From: Octopus sinensis
Taxonomy: Eukaryota
NCBI RefSeq assembly: GCF_006345805.1
Contig: NC_043014.1
Span: 29,822,001 to 29,886,000, forward strand
Reading direction: 5' to 3'
Length of the DNA stretch: 64,000 nt
Shown: positions 13,715 to 28,311 of the stretch, piece after piece
Layout: the number at the start of each line of letters is the position of its first letter
Position numbering within the stretch: position 1 is the stretch's first letter
Notes under the pieces: generated by a model
Seen by the model: only the letters and a program-made list of their open reading frames with translations
What the model was told of the DNA's origin: nothing
The model's database searches: none
Position numbers and translations under genes: made by a program

Positions 13715-14265
13715 TAATAATAATCCTTTCTACTATAGGCATGAGGCCTGAAATTTTGATGGGAGTAGGCTAATCAATTACACTGACTCCAGTGCTCAAC
13801 TTATTTCATCAACCCTGAAAGGATGACAGCAGTCGATCTTGGTAGAATTTGAACTCGTGTAAAGATAGACAAAATGTTGTTAAGCATTTTGTTCAGTATG
13901 CTAATGATTCTACCAGCTCACCGCTTTAATAATTGTTTCATATTCTGGCACAAGGCCAGCAAGTTTGGGGAAGTGGGAACTGGTACTTATTTTATTGACC
14001 CAGAATGATGAAACACAAAGTCAAATTCAGTGGAATTTGTACTCAGAATGTAAAGACAGACAAAATGCCGCTAACCATTTTGCCCCATGTGCTAACAATT
14101 CTGCCAGCTCACCACCTTAATAACAACAACAATGATAATAATAATAATTGCTTCTGATTTAGGTACAAGGCCAGTAGTTTTGAGAGGAGGCTGTTAGTCA
14201 ATTTTAATTGCACTTTATTTTATCAAACCTGGAAGGATGAAAGACAAAGATGACTACAGTGTCTG
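13715..14265 (-). mobile_element. Three tandem copies of a third SINE family (Nin-domain-like body)
   Basis: Repeated modules (aat)n..ggcacaaggcc..ccctgaaaggatgaaa..aatttgaactc..ctgccagctcaccgcc. Minus-strand head ggcggtgagctggcagaat...gagttcaaattc. Confidence 0.75.
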
Positions 14266-15080
14266 TGAGTGAACTTGTGTCTGCATGTGTATGTGTGTTG
14301 TGCATGCATGTGTACAACAGAAGAAATAAAGATTAATTTTGTGAACATGTTAAATCTCCAGTATTGCAAGACAATTTAAGGCATTGCATCTATTAACAAG
14401 ACACAGGAGGAAAATATGATAACTAATGCAATATTTAGACTCATAGAGTTGTTATTTTATTACACAAAAGTAATACTAAAAAAGTTCATCTAACCAAATG
14501 TTTTAGCTAGATTAAATTGCTTGAAATTTGTCTAATATACAATCATTCAACTGTATGTGCAAAGCCATTTGTGGGTAAATTAAGAAGCACACTTTTGAGA
14601 CAGATTGCTGATTGTGGTGTATCCAAATAGATCTGACCCCCAAATCAATATAATGTCCCCATTTTCTAAAACAAATTGATCAATGAAAATGAATATATTT
14701 TTGTTTTCTTAATAAGTTTACTATAAAAATAGATGAACATTTTGAGAACTTGTTGATAGGAAAATAGATTGTGTGTTAATGATGTTGGTATTAAAATGCT
14801 TTAATAGGAGCATCACATGACTGTCATCATTTACGCCCACTGGCAATCATTTAAATATATGAAATTAAGTGTAATGTTGAGGAATCTACTACATTAAAAA
14901 AAAGTGTGATACTGGTAATTTACTCAACATCAGTAATTGTTTCTTAGGATAGTTTTTAATTAATTAATAAAGAAAAGTGAATTATATGTGGGACAAGGAT
15001 GCATATTTGTTAGGAAGCCTCAAGCAGTGAGATAGCAAATTTTCTGAAGTGTTGAATGATTGAAGTAAAATCCCTAACTA

Positions 15081-16098
15081 TTGGGTCATCTGATAAATAA
15101 TGCAGTTTTTTTCAATTGCATGAGCTAAAAGTCGGAGAGAGACAGGATAAACTACCTGCATCAACTTGCTATAAAAGCAGGTAGTCATTTTACCTTGCAA
15201 GTTTTGAAGAGTGCAGTTCAATTTTAACAGTTATTTTTTCAAAGCTATAATGGAAGTGACAAAGGAGCATATTTGGATTATTTTGCTTTATGAGTTCAAT
15301 AACAGCAACAATGCAACAGTAAGTGTGAGGAATATTAATGCAGTATATGGGGATCAGACAATAAGCGTAAGCCAGTGTCAATGGTGGTTCTAGAAATTCC
15401 AAGCTGGAGACTACAGTCTAGAAGATGAGACTTATCCTGGAAGATCTGTAGAGCTCAATGGGGATGTGCTGCAAACCCTGGTGGAACAAAATCCCATCAT
15501 AACTTGAGCTAGCAGAGAAGCTTGGATTTGGTCATTCAACCATTCATCAACACCTGCATGCCATCTGAAAAGTCAGCAAATTGGGTCAGTGGGTTCCTCA
15601 CAAACTTTCTGAGTCTAATTTCGTGCAGAGAGTGAATGTGTGCTGTGAGTAGCTTGAGTGGCTTAAGTCAGCACTAGAAGAAAAATTACCATCTTTGGTT
15701 TCAAGATGAACGGTGTTCTTCCATCAGAATAATGCTCAGCCACATACAGTGTGGATGACATTCCAAAGGCTGGAGCAGTTTTAATGGGAAGCAATGCCCC
15801 ACCCACTATATTCACCAGATATTGCCCCATCTGATTATCATTTATTCCACAATCTTCAAAATCATTTGGATTGAAAAAATATGAATTCTGTAGATGAGGT
15901 CAGAACAGTACTGGAGGAGTATTTTTCGTCATGGGCAAGTGAATTTTGGAAGAAGGGCCTTGCAAGTCTACCAGATAGATGGAAGAGCATTGTAGAAAAT
16001 AAAGGAGAGTATATTTTAGATTAAAAAAGAACTTTGTGCATCTTAATTTTGAAAAATAAATGATGTATAAAAAAACCCACATTTATGGGATGACCCAA
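15081..16098 (+). mobile_element. mariner (DD34D-type) transposon, internally deleted and inactive
   Basis: TA-flanked TIRs ttgggtcatc / gatgacccaa. Contains MEVTKEHIW, WVPHKL (15590) and YSPDIAPSDY. The region carrying the first catalytic Asp is deleted near 15643, and there are stops. Confidence 0.92.
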
Positions 16099-19000
16099 TA
16101 TTTAGAAGGCATTCAAATTATAGACAGACACTAGTTGAATCAAACATCAAAAAACAAGAAATTTCTACTTTCAGCATCGATCAAGTTGTTGTTTAATCCC
16201 AAGTCAACATTAATGTTTCTTATACTTACGTAAGATGGTATGGGCGTGATTTGAGAGATTTTTTGCCATTTCTAGCAGATCAAATGATTGTGTAGAAGCT
16301 TCTTTATTCTAGCTTACTATATTGGTGTTTAATAAAGAGTCTTCAAATTAGATAGAAACTTTTATCTTCAGCATAGTGTGGGTTCTATTAAAAACCATAG
16401 GGAAAATGTTCTACCATAGAGAAACCATTATCAGATAAACTTAGAACTATATATATAGAATTGTATTTTATGTAAATCCCTAACTTAACCTATAACAGTC
16501 ATAACTAATGAATGACATTTCTGTTTTCAAACTGGTATTGCCTATATTTTGTCAGGTTTTTTTTCACCCTACTACTCCTGTTTGCCTTGCTTTTATAAAT
16601 CTCTGAATATTTATATTACCCGTCTAAGATGTTAGATTACATTAACACTTACAATTTGAGTTATATGATAAACTTAGTTCTATTTTTTAACAATAACTCT
16701 ATTTCTTTTATCCTTCCTTCTACAATGGTCAACTTCTAGCCATTACTCATTCTCAGTATTTGCATAATATCTTCTAAACTGCTAATGAATATTTGTACAC
16801 AATTGTAGATTTTCCCCTGATTTTACTTGTGTTGGTAAATTTGTACAAAACTATGAAAAAATTTACAATATCTGTAGCTAATGCTAATGATGTTTATAGT
16901 AATTTCAATCATGCACTTTCTTTCATAAGTAAACTCATAAAATGTTGCAGCTCTTTTCTTTATAAAACTTATAAAATCAAAATTCAATTAATTTTCTTTT
17001 TCAATTTTACTATGATTTAATTAAAATAAGATAAAAAGAAATTGATCAATTTAGCAGCTAATATTTAAGAAGAAATTACACCTTGCCCTAACATAATAAA
17101 CATAGTTTAATTGTAATATATTTTAAAATGTTAAGTCTGACATATCTGGATTTGGCTGTTGTTCACTCAAACAAAGAATTATTCTGTTTACCAATAGAAA
17201 GCAGTTGGTTTCATTGTTCTATATGCTTTGTTATATCCTGGTTATAATTATTAATATATTTTATCTTCTGGTTTCTGAAGCTGTATATCTTTCTTCTGAC
17301 AGAAACATGTTAGTGAATGAATAAAATTCTTCTGCAGTTTATACAGCTCATTAATTCATTTAAAAGTAATATTTTAAAGGTATTTGATCCTATCCTACTC
17401 CTTTTTTGTTTTCATATGAGAGTGGGTGCAGTTGGGTTTCAGGTGGATTCAAGGACATGATCTCTATTAATGTAGAAGGATTGACTGTAATGGATGTATC
17501 TGATAGTATAAATCCACCTGCAATAGATTTAAGATTTACTGACTGAACTGAGCTATGGCACTCATTAACAATCATCACTATCTATGTATTATTTCTTCTC
17601 CTTCTACTAATATATATGGTTCTATCAGGTTTATATCAAGAATTCAAAGAAATATCCTTCCTTGAAATAAACATTTCAGTGTTTTAAATCCTAGTTTTCT
17701 TTTTATTTTATTTTTTTTTTACTCCACAATAATAGTTTAAATCATTGCACAGTCATTATATTAAACCATCTATCAAATACTAGTGATCCCTCTGTCTTCC
17801 ATAACACTTACCCAAAATGGTTGTTAACACCCAAAGTATATATTTAATTTGTTCCATTTTACTTTGTATATATATTTAAAAAGTGGAGAAATTAACTGAA
17901 TTACATGGACACTTTTAATTATATTAATTTAACACAAAATATAAGAGATAATAATTTCTGCTTTAATTATGCTAATAGGGAGAATGATTTTTTTTTTTTA
18001 TTACAGTTACTAAAAATATTTCTACGAGTAATATTCTTTAGAATATAGTTTTAAATGGAAATAATTTTTATATTTGAAGATAAGAAAATAAACATAATAC
18101 ATTAATACACATTTTTAATATTAATTAGTGATAATAATGATAGAATATCTATGCAGTATGAAGTATAGCCATATAATAATGATGTATTAGAGATATCAAG
18201 TTGATTTTTATTATTACCTTTATGTATTTTGTGACAATTATTATTAAAGTGAACATTGAAATGTTCGTGTACATTGATCTAATTTCATGTACTGATTCAT
18301 TATAAATCTTCTCCTTCTTAGAGGTATTAATATGCAGTCATTGCTATTATTCACAACATCCATTTAACCATGCCAGGTGTGATCTCATACCTTGAGGGTC
18401 CCAAGCCCCTAAATGGGAGGGAATGGATGCTCACTGGACATTCGGCATTATTGTATTCGTCCATATTCCCCGCACCTTCTGGTAACATTGATTTACTGAT
18501 ATTAACTGGCATATATTTCAGTTTAAATACGTTTCATGATGCTTCTTTATAGAAATCACTTAATGGCAATCTCAACAGATTCAGTTGGTGTCTGTATTCA
18601 GAAGCCTGTGTTTCTCTGAGCAGGTGACTCTCCTCAATGGTTTTGGATAAAGATCACACTATGTGAGAATTGATTTGCATTCTTCATTGGTTGTTGTTTT
18701 CTACCTTCAAATTGAACATTAAAAACTCAATTTCCTTCAGTTACTTCAAACATTCATTTAGTTTGATATATTTAAATTGTTTAGTTCAGATATCCTTTGG
18801 AGATAAAATAGATTAAAATTAACCATTTAGCAATGTCTTTTGTGTCCATAAAATACACTTTGTGAAAAAGAAAAGGATAAAAGTTCATTTATCTGTGCAT
18901 GTAGGTTTGTATGTGTGTGTTGATGTGTTTGTATGCCTGTGTGTGTGTGTGTGCACTAATACATGGACATTGATTATACTGAATTCTTGTGGTCCTATAT

Positions 19001-19989
19001 ATAACAAACAAAAGTAAGATTTTCAGCTTGAAACTATTGAATATTAATTAGGCAGATCATATGATATACAAATTGTTAGAAACCTGAAAAAATAAAAATT
19101 ACACATTCTTTTATTCGCTTCTAAATATACTGAAAGAAATCTTAGAGGAAATAAAATATTTTAGAACTCAATTGTTTATTTAATCAGTTAATTACGTTCA
19201 GGAGAAAATGCATAAATATTAAAATGAAATCTCTTTTAAAGTTGCTTCCCCAATTTCTAAAATTTCTAAATTGCATCATTAAGAATAAGTCAAGAGTACA
19301 TCATGAGAGTATAGAGAGGCTAACTGGAAGCTGGCCTTCAACAGTAAACAGCAGAAAGGTCAATCATTTTAGATTCTTCATATATAAGCAACAATTTCAG
19401 ATAAAACAAATGTTAACTAAATAGTGGTGTTTACTGTATATTCTTTATGAGTGAGGTTTTGAAACCAAACCAATATACAACAAATGCTACAGCCTCATTT
19501 ACTTTTCTGTTAATAGCATAAGTTAATGCATAAAATGAAATGCATATATGTATTTAGCTTTGTCATTTTTAGTCTTTAAGTTCAAATCATAGTGGATCTT
19601 TTACCTTCATCCCACCAGATTTTAAAAAATAACTATTTGCATTTTATAATTAGCTCTATAATGAGCTTATGCATGTAGTCCTGCAATAAAGTGTTTATTC
19701 AAGCAAAGCTGTAGTTGCAAGAGGTCCTTTAACTCTACAAGCTTTATTCAACTGAATAACCAAGCTTTCCTCATCCAACTGGTAACATATTGAATGACAC
19801 TGATTATGTGACCATCCTGCTTTTTATTTATTTAATAATGTTTGCACTCTCTGGGCTGTATTTGATTGCTGGTATATCCATATTCATTCTTGTAGGCTTA
19901 TACATAAACTATGCTGGCATTCCTGGCCAGATTTGCTCTCTTCAGACACTTGTTATCTTTATTGTTATTTCAGTTGATTCATTCTGTGA

Positions 19990-22100
19990 ATTTGATCCAC
20001 AGTCAAGCTTTTAACAAGGATCCTATTATAAGAACCTCTTGCACTTGCTTACAGTACAACTTTGAGATCAAGTACAGTGCACATGAATGATTTCAACCAA
20101 TCTAGAGCTGTAACCCAAATCAGTCTTCCCTTCCTTCTAACAACAAAGTCAAATTAAAATTTGGATGGTATTTTCTTGGTTGTTGAACGTCTGTATCTGA
20201 ACACCTGGGTTCCAATTAGCAGGTATTTTATGTTAGATTTTGCTCGTTTCTCATTACTCTCCACTTCATGTCTTTTGTCTGTTACAGGAATTTCATAATG
20301 TGGAAATTTTCCAGGTAAGAGTTGATTTAAAAATAGGATAGATGGTGCTATCTTAGTTCATGAATGAAAGGTGTTCCTGTAGAACAATAAACATTTCCAA
20401 ATTTCTCTCTTTTGCCATTTGCTTTCTAGAATGATGACTTGATTACTTTGCTTATATTGAATCTTTTTACCAAAACATTTGAGAATGGTCAAGTATCAGT
20501 GTTTTACTCACTATCATTCTAAACACTTTAAATTCACAGCTTATAAACTGTGGACAAATTCTAGACAGTTTCAAAACAACTGTCTCCAGCTCTTGCATTG
20601 CTTCAGCAATTAGTAAAAGTCATTCCTTGCTGAGAAGTAGACCTTTGAAATCTACATGTATGTTCCTCATTTAGCAGTGAAGATTTATTATCAAACAATT
20701 TCTCATTTTTGACTTTTGGTCTTTGTTAATTTTGGGACAACAGACAAATTGCTGTATAATTTCTAGCAGCTGAATTTTACTGTCTCCTTTCTCCATGATT
20801 TTTCTATTGTTTGAATAGTTGCGACTTTCTTTCAATATTTTAATAAATTAGATAAGGTAATGGCTACAAATTTGATATTGTTTACAATAATCATATTTAT
20901 CAACATACTCTGTTGTTTCTGTTAGCTGAAGGGACAGTACAGCTGCTGTATTATGAATATCTTTTGTGTACTTTCATAGGACACCCATACTACAGCAAGG
21001 TCTTTATTTTCAAATAGACTATACCACTGTTTGATTTTTGGAAGTGCTTTGATTACATAGGAAATAACATGAAATTTACCTTTGATGTTATGTTGAACCA
21101 ATATAGCATCCAACCCAACCTGAGTGTCATCAATATAGAATCTTTCTGTTTGATATAAAATATTGTATGAGATGGAAATTTTATTCTCGTTTACCACCCA
21201 ATTGAAATTTCTTTCCTTCCATTTTGTCAGTTTCCATATATTTTTTAATAATTAAGTATGAAATAACAAAGAAATAATGAGTAATCAAAAAGAAGTCATT
21301 ATGTTTGAATTGTTAAATCTCATGGAACATAACCTTATGCTCCATCAGTTTAACTTCCGGCTTGAAAACAATGTCAAAATATCCTATTTGTCTCATGGTA
21401 GAGATATATTTCCTATGATTTAATGCAAGGCCACTTTTGCACAGTATTATTAAGCACCAATTTAATGTCATATGATTATCTCTTTTGACCTGCAATGAGC
21501 TTAGAATATTATTTGCAATATTACATTCAGTTCAGATTTGAAAAGACTACTAATTTCCCCAAATTCTTCAAATACTGAGAAAATCCGAAGAACTACATGC
21601 TTGTACTGATTTAATCCACTAGAAGGAGCAAATATTATTATTTTGCATCACTAGATCTAATTTTACTTGGTGTTCGCAGATTATCAAGATTCATCTTTGA
21701 AAAGAAACGTAATCCTTTCAAAATTTCCAGCACCTCATCAGCAATAGATATTAAATAGTTTCCTTTGGATATTTGCATTTACTCTACATAGCTCTACACA
21801 TAAATGAACACAGCCATCTTTAACTGCAACTTATGGTGAAATCCACATCAACTTCCCCTAGGATGTCCAATTTTAACAAACATTCAATTTTTCCCTACCT
21901 ATTTCATTCATGAGATGGAATTTGTTTCATAGATTGTATTACAGATCATGGGTTGATGTTAAGACAATATTGACTTAGTTTATTTTAATTAAGCTAACTG
22001 AAAAAAATCTCTCTCAGTATCCAACAACTGCCATAGATTTAGAAGCAAATATCTCTGAATTTAGTGAATTGAACCAACTTAAAGCGTAACACAAAGGATC
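19990..22100 (-). mobile_element. Gypsy/Ty3 LTR retrotransposon pol relic (RT, RNase H, integrase)
   Basis: RT: HLCVELCRVNANIQRK..ADEVLEILKGLRFFSKMNL and CKSGLALNHRKY. RNase H: QVGLDAILVQ..VISYVIKALPKIKQWYSLFENKDLAVVW. Integrase: HVDFKG..PQFISCEFKVF. Many stops. Confidence 0.85.
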
Positions 22101-24644
22101 TAGTAAAATGTTCTAGAATTAATAATAAACAAGGCCATTATTCCATCAACTTTCATTTATTATTGTTTTAGTAGCAATAATTTAATATATACTGTGTTTC
22201 ACCACCACCACCTACCCACTGTAAAAGTGGCTGAAGGAATCAATGCAGCATAGGTTGAAAGGGCTTTGTATTCAAACAACGCAAGCTGATGCATTTTCAT
22301 GACTGGAGATGGATAACAGAAATGGTTTACAAGTAAATAAGGGGCCAGAACTTGAGTTGATCAATGACTGTAGATGGATGTGCATTATAGAGATATATCA
22401 TTGTTTAAAACAGGTATAATTCTCTGTGTGTGTGTGTGTGTGCTTACACATGCATGTTTGATATATTCAGGCACAAACATATCTATATACAGTACACATA
22501 AATGCTCGTGTGCATATTTACTACTTATGGTGTTAAAAGTGTGTGCCAGTTGAAGATCAGTTTTAGCACAAGCAAATGACACCATTGGAATAAGTGGTAG
22601 TAGGCTCTATATTACAGGACCATACATGCATTTATATATGGGTGTGTAGGTCTAAAATGTACTATACTTCTCTCACACACATGATCAGGTACATAGAGTA
22701 AGTCATGTTACTACATTTGTCTACATGAATATCAGCAGTGTAAACAAATATATGTTGATGACATCAGATTTGAAAACAAAAGCAACTGTTGAAGCAGAAT
22801 TCAACCCTGCTACAAAACAAACATACCTGTAATGACACACACTGTACATGTGTGAAGCATATGTACAGTTCTACGACTCACTGACTGTAATCCTAATCTC
22901 TATTGTTAGGATATCTACGGTTTGGGGATGTTGCTAGACTCACTCAGTAATGATTCGGGTTATTTCATCTAAGTGAATTTTTTTCTCTGAAGAAATATCC
23001 TGTACAAAAATATTGAAGTACTTTTCTCAGATCTCAATAACATTTTCCATTTTGTGAAATTTTATGCTATTTTCATGAAAAAATTATATCTAAGAAGTAA
23101 TTGTGACTTTAAGAGGCTTCATCAATTGAATTCATATGAATGGTGATAGCGTTAACATTGTGTTTATCTGCTTCATTAATTTAGCCTGCTTTTCTACTCT
23201 ATCTCTGAAATGTCTGCACACTGTGAATATATATATGCAAAGGTCATTAGAATTTTGGGGATTTTTCTGTTCATTAACATATCTGTTTTGGTTCACATCC
23301 TTAAAGACTATTACATAACTGTGAGAGTTTTATTACTTGTTGATGTGTAGGTTATTTTGAACTGATTCTCAACCATCTTAATGTTTTTATCCACTGATAA
23401 AACCCCTATTTCATCATCATCAATTATAGTTTGTGAGCAGAATATTCACCTTTTCTTTTCTACGCATTATCATGAAGATCAGTATTGTCTCACTCTTATA
23501 AGAACAGGGAAATAGGTTGTTGTTGGCATTGGTTAACTTTCACTTTTGTATATATTTCAATACATCTCTCTCTCTCTCTTTCTCTCTCTCTCCATTGTCA
23601 TTTGTAATAGAAGAAAATTTAGAACATTAGGTTTCAACTTTGTAGTACACACCATTATCACAGATGTTAATTTTGTGTGGAAATTTTGAATTTCCTCATA
23701 TATAATTCTAAAATAGTTTCAATAACAAAATGTGACTTTTTAAAAAGCAGTACAAGAATATAAATGTACTCCTTTTTGCACATATTCTCCGTTATTTTGA
23801 ACGATTTACTTTTAAATATTATGTAAACTGCTCAAAGTATATGCATTCCTTTCCTTTAAATAATTTTAAATGGAATTCTTTTTCCTTTTTTTCTTCTTTT
23901 TCTTACACTGAGTAATTTTTAGCTTCTGGGGTATTATTCTAAAAATAACACCATTTACGTATTGCAAAACTTTCACAGATATTCCCAAAATTAGAATTTT
24001 GAGAAGTAACATTTACTAATGTCAGCATTATAACAAAAGTAATTCATTTTGAGTGTTATAGACTTTACACATTTTAATTATATAAGCTTTATATTTTTAT
24101 ATTTCATATTTTTCTCATAGTTCTTAGTTTTAAATTGTGTTTCTTGATAACATAAATTTAAAAAAAAACAGCTACTTTTCTGATTCCACAAAGGCTAGCT
24201 ACATCACAAATCAACATTTTGAAATATAAATTATTTTTTTCCCTTTTTTTTTTTTTGATAAATATTAGGGAACATACTATGTGTGTGTGTGTGTGTATAA
24301 CATTTTTACTTTCTTTGATGAGCTGATATATTTTCTCTCTAAAGTTAGAAATGGCACATTTCAACCTAGTGTTTTAAATTAGCAGGAAATCAAGAATTGA
24401 TGTGCATAGCAAGTTCTAAGTACAGTAGCTTGATGATTTAAGTGTATCAACAATAATATTTGAAGTATCAACATTTAGTGACTTCAAAAATTCTATTGGA
24501 AACTACTTGAAAGTCACCCAAATAAACAGATAAATCAATAAATTTCTCAAACCTACCTCTTCCAAGGGAGATTAAGATTAGCAGCATATATGCAGTGTTG
24601 AGCACAGTCAGCAATAAGACAACCAAACAGCACCAGTGATTAAA

Positions 24645-24865
24645 AAAAAATAATCCTTTCTATTATAGGCACAAGGCCTGAAAATGGGGGAAGGGTATAG
24701 TCAATTACATCAACCCCAGTACTCAACTGGTGCTTATTTATCAACCTTTGAAAGGATGAAAGACAAAGTTGACCTCGGAGGAATTTGCACTCAAAATTTA
24801 AGGACAGATGAAATACTGCTAAGCATTTTCCCTGGTGTGCTAATGATTCTGTCTGCTTATTGCCT
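24645..24865 (-). mobile_element. Nin-like SINE
   Basis: Same family as 13715 (aatcctttctattataggcacaaggcctgaaa...aaaggatgaaagacaaagttgacctcggaggaatttg). Confidence 0.8.
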
Positions 24866-24934
24866 TAACATCCCTGTTAATATAACAAGATGTATATGTT
24901 CACTAGTCACAGACACAAAGATATTAAAAAGATG

Positions 24935-25600
24935 ACCATTCACAAGTCTTACAGAGAAACCCTCACTATGAGGGTGAAGACAAAAATAAATACACAAATT
25001 TCCCATTTGTAGCCACCTATAATTGTAGAAACCATTATATTTTGTATATGGTCAAACGACCATTCCAATTGTACACCAATCATCAAATCTCAGAAGAATG
25101 AATTACAAATTACCAACAGCTGAAGGCAACCATCAAATTCTGAAAGACTCTTAACAAAGGCAAAATTCACAACAGTAGAAGAAATAATGCAAGTAATGAA
25201 ATCTGGAGACAATTGTTGTGAAACATGCAAAGCAAGAACGGGTAGGAGTTGAAGGTTAATGCAAATATAAATTGCAAAACAAAAAATTATTTCATTTACT
25301 GCATCACACACCCACAAATGGGATCAAAAGTTATACATCTATTTACACCACTTGTGCAATTTGAAAATTCAAAACATAAACTTTTTTCAAAATGAAGGAT
25401 GAAATGATCAGCTACAAAACACAAGAGAAGAATACTTTGTAAGAATTTAAAATCTGAAACTAAACCAGAAGTAGACAACACTGCTATTAAAAACAACTTT
25501 CTCTATGCTGATTACCTTATAATGTGTGTTTTTGAAAAGCTGTAAACAGCAAAAGTGATTACACAGCACAAAAACTTGTTTCTAAAAGATGTGTGTTATT
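24935..25600 (+). mobile_element. Penelope-like element, GIY-YIG endonuclease relic
   Basis: Broken frames RQPSNSERLLTKAKF, KSGDNCCETCK, KVNANINCKTK..IYCIT, KMKDE..TREEYFVR match PLE zinc-knuckle/GIY-YIG C-termini. Confidence 0.7.
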
Positions 25601-25619
25601 CTGTTTATTTTAAGGTATT

Positions 25620-25830
25620 GTATCATCATCAGTTAATGTCCATTTTCCATGCTGGCATGGACTGGGTAGTTTGACAGGGTTTGGCAAGCAGCAGGGTTGC
25701 GTTGAGCTCCAGTGTCAACTTTGGTTTCTGCAGCTAGAGGTCCTTTCTAATAACCAATCACTTTGCAGTGTGTACTGTTGTTTTGTGTGTGTGTGTTTCA
25801 CCTACACAAGTGGGATTGCCAAGTAACTTG
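25620..25830 (-). mobile_element. RTE 3' end fragment
   Basis: tatcatcatcagttaatgtccattttccatgctggcatgg... Confidence 0.7.
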
Positions 25831-26149
25831 CAAGAGAGTAGAAGAACAGGAAAAAGACCCTTTGACTAAGTCGGGAGAAGTGGTTGGTGGCTTTATGCCA
25901 GGTATTGAGAGCATAAAGTATGATAGGTGAAGAAACACAGGTGACTTACTATAGAGAAAGAAGGTGCATGACTATTGTGACTGAATCAAGAATTCTTTCT
26001 AATATATGTATGTGTGTGTATATATATATGTATATATATATATATGTATGTATATATATATATATATATATCACTGTATTGACAAGACCATTGGAAGTTG
26101 TTGTAAACTGTTGGTCACAATGCACTTCGCATTGTTTTGACTTTCCGGT

Positions 26150-26843
26150 GATGACTTCAGAATCTCTTGCAACTCTTCTGGACGGTCTCCCTGTTTAAGT
26201 TGGTGAACGCTACCAAAATCCTTAACTTCAGTTCATCTTTGGTGTTACGAGGACTTTTGTTGATCTCATGTTCAACTGCACCCCACACATAATAATCAAG
26301 TGGGTTGCAGTGTGGGGTGTTAGGTGACCAGATGTTAGGGGTTATGCTGTCAAAGAAATTGTTTGACAACCATGACTGGGTTCTCCTGCTTCTGTGAAAT
26401 GGTGTAGTCTTGTTGCCTGCCATAGGGTCTTCCAGCAGCCACCCTCTTGACCCAGGGCTGCACTTCCTCCTCCAGGCACTTGATGTAGGTCTCTGTATTG
26501 AGTCTGAGGCTGTGTGGGAAGATGAATGGAGGCATAATGTCACCATCACTAGTGATCACTCCAAAACACCATGATGTTGACTGGATATTTGATTTTTATC
26601 ACTCTAAGTACATGTTCTCAGATTGACACCCAAAAACTCTGAAATGTTTGTACTGGAGCCTCTGGTGCAAATGCCAAGCAGTATAGCATGTCATTTCCAA
26701 ATTTCTAGCAGAGTAAATTGCGTCATGGTCCAGTTTTTTCTCACAGACAGTGCCCAACTGACCCTACGATACTGTGTAGCCGACAAAAACACAGTGTGCA
26801 TGCATGAAATTAAAAATATAAAATGGCGACTCGTTGCTCCCTG
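26150..26843 (-). mobile_element. DD37D (maT)-type Tc1/mariner relic
   Basis: SDGDIMPPFIFP..RPY..QQD and IWSPNTPHCNPLDYYVWGAVE. One TA-flanked end (tacaggga on the minus strand). The N-terminus is deleted. Confidence 0.8.
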
Positions 26844-26905
26844 TATATATTTGTGTATGTATTCTTTCTCTCTCTCTCTCTCACACGTGTGTGTGTGTGT
26901 GTATG

Positions 26906-26956
<51 letters not shown>

Positions 26957-26961
<5 letters not shown>

Positions 26962-27107
26962 ATCCAAACAAGAAAGCACAAAAAAACAACAACGCGAGGA
27001 CATGGAACAAATATAGTATTATTGAACGCTCAGGAGCTCTTTGTCGGAAACATAGGAGAAGGGAAGACAGAGGAAAAAAAATCGCCAACGGTACACACAC
27101 GGTCACA
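26957..27107 (-). mobile_element. Penelope-like terminal-repeat fragment with a half-deleted hammerhead
   Basis: Minus strand ...ccgacaaagagctc|ctgagcgttcaataatac aligns with 58790-58850 apart from a missing GAAAC segment. Confidence 0.5.
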
Positions 27108-28229
27108 TTTTATATACATATGTATATGATGCTGTCAACTTGTAAATGAATATGGCCATCACTGACAAAGCAATGCCAGTGCAAAACTTTTTAGATCCAA
27201 TAGATCATAAGGCCCTCTCCACCCTGTTGACATGATCCAGAGACAAACCAAGACAGGATATCTAGTATCAGTATGGGTTGCAGATCAGGCCTGTGCCATG
27301 ATCTCAAGCACAGGCAAAAGATTTCCAAAATGTCCAATATTCCCTGCATATCTGGTTTTACATCAGAATGACCTCCTAGAGACATGCTTTAACAAAACTT
27401 GAGGAGTACCTCACACCCAGTGCTCTTCCTGCACACTGGCTGCCTATATGAAATTTCTGAGTGGCCATACTATTGGGTTTACATGTCACCTTGACTGGTC
27501 ATATTCTTTGTCTTAATGGGTTTCTAGTAACTCTACTCACCATACTTTCCTAGTGGGAGTTCTGGTTTAGTTGCCAATGACTCTGCCATGCAACAGGTTG
27601 CATTGGAGTCCAAGTTACCTGACACTAACCTATATATACTATATAATTGAGAATATATGTAGTTATGTATGTGTGTTTAGCCCCAAAAGGCTCTGAAACA
27701 GTGCATCCTTAATTAAAGGTTATCCATAAATAATATCAAAAAAGTATAATTTGCCACAAGAAATAACTCAAATTTTGAATAACAAATCTACTCTCTGCCT
27801 GTGAACTCTACTCTCTCACTTACACCTTCCCCTCCGTTTAACTCACTCTTTATCACTCTCTCTTTGTGTATTTAATATCTCTCAAGGATGCTATCCCTCC
27901 CTCTCTCTCTTCATATGATGGAATTGCTTTCATTTTTTGATACATTTTGTATCATGCACAAAATTTTGTTTCCTGATTGGGTAAAAAGGATCAAACTTTA
28001 AACTTCCGTAACATTTTTCTATTAATTTTCTGGAATAAATGGATCACAGAATCAGATTCAACAGGGAAAAAGTACATCAATATTCCAAATTTGGAGATTT
28101 CCACTTCATATTAGAATTTCAAAATCTTCGACAGCAATAGAAAAGACCTGTATTTGTCTATCACTATCATTCTTCACTTTTCTCATTGTAAACTTCTCCC
28201 CTCTCTAAATATATTTCCCACTCTTTCTC

Positions 28230-28311
<82 letters not shown>

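Noticed and set aside
18400-18500. CpG-containing segment with a minus-strand AAG|gtatga donor
   Set aside because: The acceptor is poor and the peptide is unrecognised. It may be old repeat sequence.
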